This document shows, piece by piece, positions 29,298 to 38,202 of a stretch of DNA of 64,000 nucleotides; the stretch's first letter is position 1; every line of letters begins with the position of its first letter. The DNA is taken from the NCBI GenBank assembly GCA_963664225.1, contig OY760937.1, positions 192,001 through 256,000 of the forward strand. The letters are read 5' to 3'. Both the position numbers and the translations under genes were made by a program. This DNA is from Verrucomicrobiia bacterium. GTDB taxonomy: Bacteria; Verrucomicrobiota; Verrucomicrobiia; Limisphaerales; UBA1319. The notes below the pieces were generated by a model, which was not told the origin of the DNA, searched no databases, and was given only the letters and a program-made list of their open reading frames with translations.

Positions 29298-29559
29298 TTC
29301 GCGACCACCGCGACCTTCGTGGTAGGGCGTGCAGTCCTCTGCGCGCCGTCACGCAGATCGTAGCGCAGCTTGCCTAAGCTGCCGTATCGCGGATTTCCAA
29401 ACTGCAGCCGCTGGATTGCACGTGCGCAGGCCAATCTTCACAGAAATGGCACAACCACGAAAATCAATCCCCATCTTGAAACCCGCTCCGGCTCATCTCT
29501 TCGCGACCACCGCGACCTTCGTGGTAGGGCGTGCAGTCCTCTGCGCGCCGCCGACAACC
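29298..29559. repeat. Further GTAG-type REP copies
   Basis: TTCGCGACCACCGCGACCTTCGTGGTAGGGCGTGCAGTCCTCTGCGCGCCG occurs twice (GTAG at 29322 and 29524); GTAGCGCAGCTTGCCTAAGCTGC at 29360 is repeated at 31580. Confidence 0.85.
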
Positions 29560-29966
29560 CCACGCGGCGGCACCTCTCAAACCATCCTTCACCCGGCGAC
29601 TTTCGAAACTTCAATTTCTTCCATTGTCCATTATCCATTCTGTCCTCAACCAGTCCCACGCGGCGGCATCCTTCAAACCGTTCAATAAATCAAGGCGCGC
29701 AATATTCCTCCCTCTCCGCTCTGGGGAGAGGGTACGGGGTGAGGTGTTCATTCCTGACCTCTGATTTCTGAACTCTGATCTCTGTTTTTACCAGGGATCG
29801 TCCAACGAACATCCTATCACGGCTTTTTTGACGTTCTGATGATCTGGCTGAATCGCGTTTGCACGGCACTGCGCGCCTGCGCTTAATCCTGCACCGTTCC
29901 GCCTTTTTCCACCTCCAATCCCGCTTGACACAATCCTATCCCATTCGCCTTGCCGTTTGAGAGTCT
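29560..29966. repeat. About 400-bp direct repeat, copy 2
   Basis: Matches 27247-27647. Confidence 0.9.
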
Positions 29967-30096
29967 GATGTTGACCAACAATGGAAAAGGGTTTAAATCC
30001 CGTACATGCGACGAATTAAGAATGAATTCTGCCCGGTCCAATATACGAATCGCTCGTCGCATAATCAAAGTTGGCAGGAACAAGCCTATTGAGCAT

Positions 30097-30687
30097 ATGC
30101 CTGGTTGTTCGTCCTGCATTTTATACGCGAGAGGTCGGGAGTTCGACGTCGACCGGTTCCTGGAGCGGAGTTCTCTGCAACCTGATCAGGTGTCACGACG
30201 GGATGACCCGGGGCTTCTTGGAAAGCGCCGACTGTTCTCCGGCCTTTCCTTTTTTCTTGGAAACGCCGACCGGAGAGTGTCGTGGCACGTGGCGCGGGCT
30301 CTGAAATTCATGCGCGAAAAGAGTCCTGAGCTTCGGAGGCTGCGGAGGGCTTCAGGGGTGGCTCAACTGAGGCTTGAGTTCTGCAGCTATAGGCGCACAG
30401 AGGGCATTCAGAGCGATCTTCTGCCTTCTGAACTGCTGACCACCGCCGGATCGTTGGGTATTGATATCGAGTGGTCAGTCTATCCAACTAAAACAGAATA
30501 TGAGAAAATCCTTGGAGAGAAGATTCCACGCCGCGCTCCGGCTTGGGCAAGAAGGTTCCTGAAACAGAGCGGGAAAGGCACTAAAACATCGGCCAACCAT
30601 GCGGCCCAGCGAACGGGAGCCAGCGGATTCGCTCAGAGACAAATACGATGTCACCCGCGGCGCCGGGTCGCTGATTTGTGTCGTTAG
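30097..30687 (+). CDS. Cassette 1 hypothetical protein (possibly DUF4279-like)
   Basis: ATG 27 bp after GTTGGC at 30070; reads through attC; LPSELLTTAGSLGIDIEWSVY. Confidence 0.6.
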   Translation: MPGCSSCILYARGREFDVDRFLERSSLQPDQVSRRDDPGLLGKRRLFSGLSFFLGNADRRVSWHVARALKFMREKSPELRRLRRASGVAQLRLEFCSYRRTEGIQSDLLPSELLTTAGSLGIDIEWSVYPTKTEYEKILGEKIPRRAPAWARRFLKQSGKGTKTSANHAAQRTGASGFAQRQIRCHPRRRVADLCR

Positions 30688-30689
30688 GC
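30591..30689 (+). repeat. Integron attC site 1
   Basis: R'' GGCCAAC (30591-30597), L'' CAGCGAAC / L' GTCGCTG with one unpaired base, R' GTTAGGC (30683-30689). Confidence 0.78.
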
Positions 30690-30702
30690 CGTTTCACACG
30701 CC

Positions 30703-31170
30703 ATGCACACATTCGGCAAGTCTCAGTTCACCGGCTTTCTGCAGGAGGCATGCCGAAATGCGCGTGCCGTCCCCGGCGCAGAGATTTGCGGAATGATTGT
30801 CGATACTGGATTCCACCTTTCGCTGGTGCAGGTTCGCAATGTCTCTCGGCGAGTTGGGAGCTTCATTCTTTCTCGACCTGACGTTCGCCGCATTGTCGCC
30901 GCCACGCGGATTCTGGAGCAGGAGGTTGTCGGCACATTTCATTCACACCCTGCCGCCCCCGCCGTGCCCGGTAAGTCGGACATCACGAATGCCGTCGATG
31001 ACTCGCTCATGCTCATATTCGAATGCACGGCGCGTTGTGGACGCCTTTGGAGGATCAGGGGCGGTAGAGCGCGTGAGTTGGATTTCACAACGCGGCCTAA
31101 CATGCGCTTCAGCGAACCCGGCGGGAGCGTCGTGGTTGCCGCCGTTGCGTCCCGTGCGCCGGGTCCCTGA
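30703..31170 (+). CDS. Cassette 2: JAB/MPN (Mov34) metalloprotease
   Basis: EICG and GTFHSHPAAPAVPGKSD (JAMM E...HSHx7SxxD pattern, with G at the Ser position). Confidence 0.82.
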   Translation: MHTFGKSQFTGFLQEACRNARAVPGAEICGMIVDTGFHLSLVQVRNVSRRVGSFILSRPDVRRIVAATRILEQEVVGTFHSHPAAPAVPGKSDITNAVDDSLMLIFECTARCGRLWRIRGGRARELDFTTRPNMRFSEPGGSVVVAAVASRAPGP

Positions 31171-31184
31171 ACTTTGCGTTAGGC
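31095..31184 (+). repeat. Integron attC site 2
   Basis: R'' GCCTAAC and R' GTTAGGC are perfectly complementary; TTCAGCGAACCCGGCG / CGCCGGGTCCCTGAA arms. Confidence 0.85.
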
Positions 31185-31201
31185 GGCTTGTGCCATGATA
31201 C

Positions 31202-31495
31202 TTGTTTCAATATTATTTTGCGCATATGGGATATCCTGATGCCCCAGATTGGTTCGTTGTGATTTTTGGGATTGTCCCATTTCACATTGGCTGCGCATTG
31301 GGGGGACTAGATAAATTGGTTGGCTATAGCACCGCTGCTGTCATCTGCCAGAGTGTGATGCTCGTGTTGTTATTGGCGGGAGCTTTTTTTGTTTTCCGAT
31401 CACCCAAGTATTCGGTTTTGTTTAAAATATTTTACCTGCCAGTTGGTTATCCGCTCGTCACGGCAACCACTAACATTATACCTTGTTTATTGTGA
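31202..31495 (+). CDS. Cassette 3: small AT-rich membrane protein; start uncertain, possible 5' frameshift from ATG 31195
   Basis: Hydrophobic 97-aa ORF directly after attC2. Confidence 0.45.
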   Translation: MFQYYFAHMGYPDAPDWFVVIFGIVPFHIGCALGGLDKLVGYSTAAVICQSVMLVLLLAGAFFVFRSPKYSVLFKIFYLPVGYPLVTATTNIIPCLL

Positions 31496-31835
31496 GTGGT
31501 ACAGCTTTCTACGTTGATCACACACCTGGCAACCGCTCCTCCTGCTTCCTTCGCTCCGTTTAGGTCTCGACAGTTCGGCGTAGCGCAGCTTGCCTAAGCT
31601 GCTGTATCGCCGGTTGCCAACCGGTCCGGCGGCAGTTAATCCAACCCGCGCCTCCGAGCTTTCCCCTCTGCCCTCCGCCCTCATTGCCTTTTTCCCGACC
31701 AATGACTACGGACCAAGGACCAAGGACGTTTTTCCCAGCGGCCCTTCGCCCTCCGCCCTCCGCCCTCTGACCTCCGCCCGTTGCCGCCATTGTGCCGCTT
31801 TGACTTTCGGGGTGGGTTCCGGTAGCGTTCGCGCC

Positions 31836-33134
31836 ATGAACGTGATACGCGTGGGTCAGAGGGATTACGAAGCCAGCCTGGAAAAGTTGCTGGCGCCGTC
31901 GAGTTTGTTCGATCCTCAAATCGAACAACGCGCGCGGGAGATTGTCCATGCCGTGGAAAAGGGCGGCGATGCGGCGCTTGCGGAATTAACAGCCAAATAC
32001 AACGGCGTTCGCCTGGCCCCCAAGCGGTTTGCAGTGACGGCGGAGGAACTCAAAAAAGCCGCGCGCACCGTAAGCCCGGAGTTGAAGAAGGCGATCGGGT
32101 TGTCAGCCCGGAACCTGGCCTCGTTCAGTCGGAAATCGTTGCGCAAAGGTTGGACCTCCCGCAACGCGCAGGGCGGGGTGGTGGGTGAAAAGTATGATGC
32201 TTTCCAGCGCGTGGGCCTCTATATCCCGGGCGGCACGGCTCCCCTCGTTTCCACGGCGTTGATGACGATCACCCTGGCCAAGGTGGCCGGTTGTCCTGAG
32301 ATCGTGGTTTGCACGCCATGCGACAAAAAGGGGGAGGTCAATCCCGGCTTGTTGTATGCGGCCCAGGTGGCGGGCGCCACGGAGATTTACCGCGTGGGCG
32401 GCGCGCAGGCGATCGCCGCGATGGCGCTGGGGACCAAGTCGATCGCGCGAACTCAGAAGGTTTTCGGGCCGGGCAATGCCTATGTGGTGGCGGCCAAGCG
32501 TTTGTTGTTTGGGTATGTGGCGATTGATCTCCTTCCAGGACCGAGCGAGGTGTTGATCCTGGCGGACGACTCGGCGCACCCGGCATTTATTGCCGCCGAT
32601 TTACTGGCCCAGGCGGAGCATGGATCGGGTCACGAACGCATCTGGTTGGTGACGACCTCCACAAAACTGATGGCCGAGGTTGAAGCTCAAGTGAACCGCC
32701 AATTGCCGCAATTATCCCGTCGCGATTTCATTGAAAAATCGCTCCACGAAAACGGCTGGCTGATTCAAGTCAAGAACCTTGAGGCCGGCATCGCCCTCGC
32801 AAACAAACTGGCACCGGAACATTGCGAGATCATGACGCGCAATCCGGCCGCTGCGGCGAAGAAGTTGAAGACGTCCGGCGCGTTGTGTCTGGGGCACTTT
32901 ACGCCCAACGTTCTGGGAGATTACCTGGCCGGGCCAAGCCATGTCCTGCCCACCGGAGGCGCGGGCGCGTCTTTTGCCGGACTGACGGTCGATCAATTCC
33001 AGCGGCGAACCAGCCTGATCGAATACAGCGCGGCGGCAGTTCGTAAATCGCTCCCCGCGTTGCGGGAATTTGCGAAAGTGGAGGGATTGGACGCGCACGG
33101 CATGTCGGCCGCCATTCGAGTGGAGGACAAATGA
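31836..33134 (+). CDS. hisD: Histidinol dehydrogenase
   Basis: VGLYIPGG, GGAQAIAA, GPGNAYV, GPSE, AQAEH, PEH, GDYLAGPSHVLPT, EGLDAH. Confidence 0.96.
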   Translation: MNVIRVGQRDYEASLEKLLAPSSLFDPQIEQRAREIVHAVEKGGDAALAELTAKYNGVRLAPKRFAVTAEELKKAARTVSPELKKAIGLSARNLASFSRKSLRKGWTSRNAQGGVVGEKYDAFQRVGLYIPGGTAPLVSTALMTITLAKVAGCPEIVVCTPCDKKGEVNPGLLYAAQVAGATEIYRVGGAQAIAAMALGTKSIARTQKVFGPGNAYVVAAKRLLFGYVAIDLLPGPSEVLILADDSAHPAFIAADLLAQAEHGSGHERIWLVTTSTKLMAEVEAQVNRQLPQLSRRDFIEKSLHENGWLIQVKNLEAGIALANKLAPEHCEIMTRNPAAAAKKLKTSGALCLGHFTPNVLGDYLAGPSHVLPTGGAGASFAGLTVDQFQRRTSLIEYSAAAVRKSLPALREFAKVEGLDAHGMSAAIRVEDK

Positions 33135-34210
33135 AACTGATACGTCCTTTAGTCGCGCGGTTGCATCCTTATGTGCCTGGCGAGCAACCCAAAGTCAACC
33201 GGTTGACCAAACTCAACACCAACGAGAATCCCTATCCGCCGTCTCCAAAAGTGCTTGCGGCTGTTAGGAATGCGGTGGATGAGCGTTTGCGCCTTTATCC
33301 GCAGCCCACGTCCGATGCCCTTCGGGAAAAACTGGCTCGCATGCATAAGTGCCTGGTGGAGAACATTATAGTTGGCAATGGCTCCGACGAATTGCTGGCC
33401 ATGGCCGTCCGTTGCTTCTCCGAACCTGGCCAAAAGTCAAGCGATTCTTGCGTTCAATATCTATCGCCCTGCTACTCTCTCTATCCGGTGCTGGTGGCCA
33501 CGCACGGTTCGCATGTGAACGATGTCCCTCTGAATGAGGGATTTGCGCTTCCATCCACAGCGCAATTGCGCAAGGGTGGCAAGTGGGATTTTAATGCCGC
33601 CTTGACCTTTGTCACCACGCCCAATGCGCCGACCGGCACGGGCTATGCGCGTGAGGATCTGAAAAAGCTTTGCCGCGCCCAGAAGGGCGTAGTCGTTCTG
33701 GATGAGGCATATGTGGAATTTGGACGCGAAAATGCGCTAGAATTGGCGCTGGAGCTTCCGAATGTCTTGGTGGCGAGGACTTTCTCAAAGGCGTATTCAC
33801 TCTGTTTCCAGCGGGTGGGCTATGCCGTGGGACCTGCGAAGCTCATCGAGGCGCTGCACAAGATCAAGGACAGCTACAATGTGAATGGTCTGGGCCAGGT
33901 GGCCGCGTGCGCCACATTGGATGATCTGCCCTATTACCGAGCGTGTTTCAAGAAGGTGATCGCGACGCGCGAATGGCTTTCTAAGGCGTTGATGGAGTTG
34001 GGATTCGAAGTGTTCCCGAGCCAGACCAATTTTATTCTGGCACGTCCACCTGGACCGCCTGCGAAAGAGTGGCTGCAAAAGCTGCGGGACCGGAAGATAT
34101 TGGTGCGGTGGTTTGCGCTGCCCCAAGTGAGCGATTATCTGCGAATATCGATCGGGACGGACGCGGAAGCGCGGGCCTTGGTCAAGGCGGCGAAGTCCAT
34201 CATGGGCTGA
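33131..34210 (+). CDS. hisC: Histidinol-phosphate aminotransferase
   Basis: YVPGEQP, KLNTNENPY, GNGSDE, DEAY, RTFSKAY; overlaps the hisD stop codon. Confidence 0.93.
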   Translation: MKLIRPLVARLHPYVPGEQPKVNRLTKLNTNENPYPPSPKVLAAVRNAVDERLRLYPQPTSDALREKLARMHKCLVENIIVGNGSDELLAMAVRCFSEPGQKSSDSCVQYLSPCYSLYPVLVATHGSHVNDVPLNEGFALPSTAQLRKGGKWDFNAALTFVTTPNAPTGTGYAREDLKKLCRAQKGVVVLDEAYVEFGRENALELALELPNVLVARTFSKAYSLCFQRVGYAVGPAKLIEALHKIKDSYNVNGLGQVAACATLDDLPYYRACFKKVIATREWLSKALMELGFEVFPSQTNFILARPPGPPAKEWLQKLRDRKILVRWFALPQVSDYLRISIGTDAEARALVKAAKSIMG

Positions 34211-34300
34211 CTTTTCTTAGGGTTCAGCCGAAAAGAATTCATCCTGCCGGGCCACCATTTATCTTTTCTAAAGCAATGGCTTAGGCTATATGGAGTTTTC

Positions 34301-35116
34301 GTGTACCTGGAATATTATGGTCTGAAAGAACCGCCATTTGACATCACGCCAAATCCGCGCTTCTTGTATTTCAGCGGGAAACATAGGGAGGCGTTCAACC
34401 ATCTTTTGTATGGGATTCGCGAGCGCAAGGGTTTCGTGCAGTTGACCGGCGAGGTGGGTTGTGGGAAGACAACCATCTGCCGGGCGTTGCTCGAACAACT
34501 TGGACCCACTTTTTCCACCGCCCTGATCCTCAACCCGGTCCTGAGCCCCGATCAACTGATGAAGGCCATTGCCATGGAGTTTGGGCTGGCCGTCAAAGGG
34601 ATGGACGGGCTTGAGTCACTGGCTCTGATGAATCAGTTTCTGTTGGAGCAAAGCGAGAAGGGCAAGGACGTCGTACTGATCATCGACGAAGCCCAGGATT
34701 TGACGGATGAACTTCTGGAGCAGGTCCGATTATTATCCAACCTGGAAACGGACGATTGCAAATTGCTTCAGATCGTATTGATGGGCCAGCCTGAGTTGCG
34801 GCATCGTCTTAATAATCACCGCCTGAGGCAATTGCGTCAGCGGATCACGGTGCGTTACCATTTGACGCCGCTTTCGCGTCCGGAGATGACCCAGTATATT
34901 CAGCACCGGCTTCAGGTGTCCGGTTCCCGAGGGGCCCCCTATTTTTCGCAGTGGGCGCTCTGGAGGATTCATCGGTATAGCCAGGGCATACCGCGTCTGA
35001 TCAACGCGTTATGCGACAAGAGTCTTTTGGCGGGATATGTGCGCCAGGCCGACCGGATCGATTTTCGGACGGTTGGGCTGGCCATTCGTGAACTGGAAGG
35101 TAAATTCAACTCGTGA
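34301..35116 (+). CDS. ExeA/GspA-family AAA ATPase lacking a C-terminal peptidoglycan-binding domain
   Basis: YYGLKEPPFDITPNP, GEVGCGKT, IIDEAQ, GQPEL, GIPRLINALCD. Confidence 0.88.
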   Translation: MYLEYYGLKEPPFDITPNPRFLYFSGKHREAFNHLLYGIRERKGFVQLTGEVGCGKTTICRALLEQLGPTFSTALILNPVLSPDQLMKAIAMEFGLAVKGMDGLESLALMNQFLLEQSEKGKDVVLIIDEAQDLTDELLEQVRLLSNLETDDCKLLQIVLMGQPELRHRLNNHRLRQLRQRITVRYHLTPLSRPEMTQYIQHRLQVSGSRGAPYFSQWALWRIHRYSQGIPRLINALCDKSLLAGYVRQADRIDFRTVGLAIRELEGKFNS

Positions 35117-35817
35117 GCCTTATAAACGACGCCTTGAAACGGGCCAACCAGACGCGCAAAGAGCAAGCGCCCGGTGCGCCGAGCGGTCCTGTGATGCAGC
35201 CGCAGGCTACGCCGAGCCGAGCCTGGTCCTTGTCGCTGGCGCCGATTCTTTTTATTGGAATCTTGGTGATGTTTCTGGCGGGACTGGGAACGCTGCTCCT
35301 GATTCGCGGGATAAAAACCATTCAACCGGCTGCGGATACCAATCAAGTGGCACAGCCTGTGGCGTTGCCCATGACTGCGCAGCCTGCGCCTGTGCCGCCA
35401 GTACCCTTGGCGGCTCCCACGCCCCAGCCCGTTCCACAACCCGTAGTGGCCGTAACGCGTCCTTCAAGGCCCATCGTTAATACCAATGTCGTGGTCACCA
35501 TCCCGATGCGCGGAACAATCGGCCAGGCAACGGTGGGGGGGAAAAGTCCTGTGGATCCGGTCGCAGCCAAGCCCGAGGCACTCGCGACGGCCAAGGTTGA
35601 AAAAGCGACCGACGCGGCCCAAGAGAATACGGACATGGCACCGCTGAATTTGAAGCTTCAAGGCATTTATTATCGCCGGACCAATCCTTCGACCATGATC
35701 AATGGGCGCAGCGTGTTTGTGGGTGATGAGGTGGGCGGCGCCCGGGTGGTTGCGATTGAACGCACCAGCGTGGTGGTTGAAGTCAATGGTCAAAAACAGG
35801 TGCTGCACCTCCCGTGA
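35113..35817 (+). CDS. ExeB/GspB-like membrane protein
   Basis: MSLINDALKRA, TM segment, Pro-rich linker, LKLQGI...MING...VGD C-terminus. Confidence 0.75.
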   Translation: MSLINDALKRANQTRKEQAPGAPSGPVMQPQATPSRAWSLSLAPILFIGILVMFLAGLGTLLLIRGIKTIQPAADTNQVAQPVALPMTAQPAPVPPVPLAAPTPQPVPQPVVAVTRPSRPIVNTNVVVTIPMRGTIGQATVGGKSPVDPVAAKPEALATAKVEKATDAAQENTDMAPLNLKLQGIYYRRTNPSTMINGRSVFVGDEVGGARVVAIERTSVVVEVNGQKQVLHLP

Positions 35818-36548
35818 GCCAGGATCTGCTGAATAAGGCCGTACGGAATCCGACTCTGGTACGCGTACTTCCATTCGTGGTGTTTCTGGCGCTCACCTAT
35901 TTTCAAGGCCAGTTTGGAGTCTCCTCCCAGTATTGGTTCTACGGCGCCAAGACCGTGGTTTGCGGTCTTATGGTATGGGCATTGCGACCATGGATTGCGG
36001 AGATGAAATGGAAGTTCACTCCGGAGGCGGTCCTTGTAGGTGTCGGGGTTTTGATCATGTGGGTGGGAATTGATACCTGGTATCCCCATTTGGACGCGGT
36101 GATGGATCAATACGTCAATCCGCTTTTTTCCCGATTAGGATTCAAGACGGGAGCGGTGAAGCCTCCAACGGTCTGGAATCCGCACCTGGTTTTTGGTGAG
36201 GGCACGGCGCTGGCATGGTCGTTTGTCGTCATTCGAATTTTAGGGTCCACCCTGGTCGTTCCGCCTTTGGAAGAAGTATTTTATCGGTCGTTCTTGTACC
36301 GGTATGTTGCCCGGCCTGACTTTCAAGAGGCGTCTTACGGGGTGTTTCTGTGGGGGCCTTTTTTAATCACCGCGCTGCTTTTCGGTTTCACACACAATCA
36401 ATGGCTGGCGGGGATTTTGTGCGGATTTGCCTTTCAAGGGCTGGTCATTTGGAAGGGACGTCTGGACGATGCCATCGCGGCGCACGCCATCACAAATTTT
36501 CTGCTGGGACTCTGGGTGATCTGGAAAGGGGCCTGGCAATTCTGGTAA
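35814..36548 (+). CDS. CAAX prenyl protease-related (CPBP/Abi) intramembrane protease
   Basis: VPPLEEVFYR, FGFTH, AHAITN. Confidence 0.85.
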   Translation: MSQDLLNKAVRNPTLVRVLPFVVFLALTYFQGQFGVSSQYWFYGAKTVVCGLMVWALRPWIAEMKWKFTPEAVLVGVGVLIMWVGIDTWYPHLDAVMDQYVNPLFSRLGFKTGAVKPPTVWNPHLVFGEGTALAWSFVVIRILGSTLVVPPLEEVFYRSFLYRYVARPDFQEASYGVFLWGPFLITALLFGFTHNQWLAGILCGFAFQGLVIWKGRLDDAIAAHAITNFLLGLWVIWKGAWQFW

Positions 36549-36591
36549 CATTGGACGATCGGGAACTTCAAGACGCCTATTCATTCCGTTC

Positions 36592-38202
36592 ATGGCCACT
36601 GAACCGCTCACAATGACTCCCTGCGTGCTCTTCGAGGACGAAGACCTGCTCGTGGTCTGCAAGCCGGCCGGCATGAACACCCACGCGCCCAGTCCCCATG
36701 CGGGAGAGGGGATTTACGAATGGTTGCGGCATCGGGAGCCGCGGTGGGCGCATTTGGCTATCATTCATCGTCTGGACAAGGACACCTCCGGTGTGATGGT
36801 CTTTGCCAAATCAGCCAAGGCCAATCGATCACTGACAGAGCAGTTCACGAAACGTATGGTGCGAAAAAAATACGTTTTGATGACTGACCGAAAAACGTCC
36901 GTGGGTGAAATGACCGTGGAATCGGATTTGGTTCGAGCGGGGGATAAATATAGAAGTCAACCGGGTGCTGTCAGCGGCAACCATGCGGTGACGCAGTTCA
37001 AGCGAACCGGTGTGGAGGCGGGCGGAACTTCATTTGAGGCCACGCCGTTGACGGGGCGGACGCATCAGATTCGCGTTCATGCCGCGGAAAACGGTTTTCC
37101 CATCCTTGGCGACATGTTGTATGGGGGAACACCATCCAATCGCCTGTATTTGCACGCGGAGGAGCTTTCGTTTCAACATCCGACGAGCGGCGAAAATGTG
37201 CATTTTCAAGCCCCACCCCAATTTGAGATCGAGGCATGGGTGGGGCTGCGGGCGGCGTTCGTGGACTCCACCACTACCGATGCTTATCGTTTGATTCATG
37301 GCGCCGCGGATGGCTTTCCGGGGCTTTATGTGGACGTGCTTGGCCAATATGCGCTGGCACAATCGGATCGGTCCTTGAGTGAACCTCAGCTAAAAGTCCT
37401 CGAAAGCATTGTTCAACAGCGAGGGCTTTTGGGCGCCTATTTCAAGCTGCTCAACCGGCACGTCCGACAGTCGGGAACGGCCCAGGCCTCGCCGGAAAAG
37501 GTCATGGGCGAACCCGCGCCGGAGGAATTTGAGATCCGTGAAAACGGATTGCGCTTCGCATTGCGTTTTGGAGAGGGTTACTCGGTGGGGTTGTTCCTGG
37601 ACCAGCGGGAAAACCGGCGGCGGTTTTTGACGGGGCATGTGGCTGCGCAGTTTCCACTTCTGAGGCCGGGCACCGAGCGGGCCGAGGTTCTCAACACGTT
37701 TGCCTATACCTGTGGATTTTCGGTGGCTGCGGCCGAAGCGGGGGCGCATGTGACGAGTGTGGATCTTTCCGCCAAATACCTGGATTGGGGTCGGCGGAAT
37801 TTCCAGATCAACGGGATCGATCCCGCCGCGCATGAATTTCTAAGCGGAGATGTGTTCGATTGGTTGAAGCGCCTGCGCAAAAAACAACGGTCCTACGATA
37901 TCGTGGTGCTGGATCCGCCGACCTTTTCGACTTCGAAAGTGAGCGGAACGTTTCGTGTGGAACAGGACTTTGGACGGTTGACGCAAACGGCCCTGGAGGT
38001 ATTGAAGCCCGGCGGCGTTCTGCTGGCCTGCACCAACACCGCGCGGCTGGATGCGGAGACATTCCTGACGGCGGTGGAAGGCGCGGCTTCGGCTTGCGGG
38101 CGACGGGTTCGCCAGAGACACTATGTGCCGCAGCCTCCCGATTTTCCGGTGGCGAAAACGGAGCCGGCTTATCTAAAAACGGTATGGATGCGAATCGATT
38201 GA
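36592..38202 (+). CDS. Fusion of RluA-family pseudouridine synthase and RlmI/RlmK-like SAM methyltransferase
   Basis: KPAG, HRLDKDTSG, TGRTHQIRVH, PILGD; then GLFLDQRENR, LNTFAYTCGFS, LDPPTF. Confidence 0.88.
   Translation: MATEPLTMTPCVLFEDEDLLVVCKPAGMNTHAPSPHAGEGIYEWLRHREPRWAHLAIIHRLDKDTSGVMVFAKSAKANRSLTEQFTKRMVRKKYVLMTDRKTSVGEMTVESDLVRAGDKYRSQPGAVSGNHAVTQFKRTGVEAGGTSFEATPLTGRTHQIRVHAAENGFPILGDMLYGGTPSNRLYLHAEELSFQHPTSGENVHFQAPPQFEIEAWVGLRAAFVDSTTTDAYRLIHGAADGFPGLYVDVLGQYALAQSDRSLSEPQLKVLESIVQQRGLLGAYFKLLNRHVRQSGTAQASPEKVMGEPAPEEFEIRENGLRFALRFGEGYSVGLFLDQRENRRRFLTGHVAAQFPLLRPGTERAEVLNTFAYTCGFSVAAAEAGAHVTSVDLSAKYLDWGRRNFQINGIDPAAHEFLSGDVFDWLKRLRKKQRSYDIVVLDPPTFSTSKVSGTFRVEQDFGRLTQTALEVLKPGGVLLACTNTARLDAETFLTAVEGAASACGRRVRQRHYVPQPPDFPVAKTEPAYLKTVWMRID

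Noticed and set aside
29883..30119. Possible intI remnant divergent from the cassette array
   Set aside because: No tyrosine-recombinase motifs in any frame shown.
31590..31835. N-terminal extension of HisD
   Set aside because: It is a translation of REP and heptamer repeats; the plausible start is ATG 31836.
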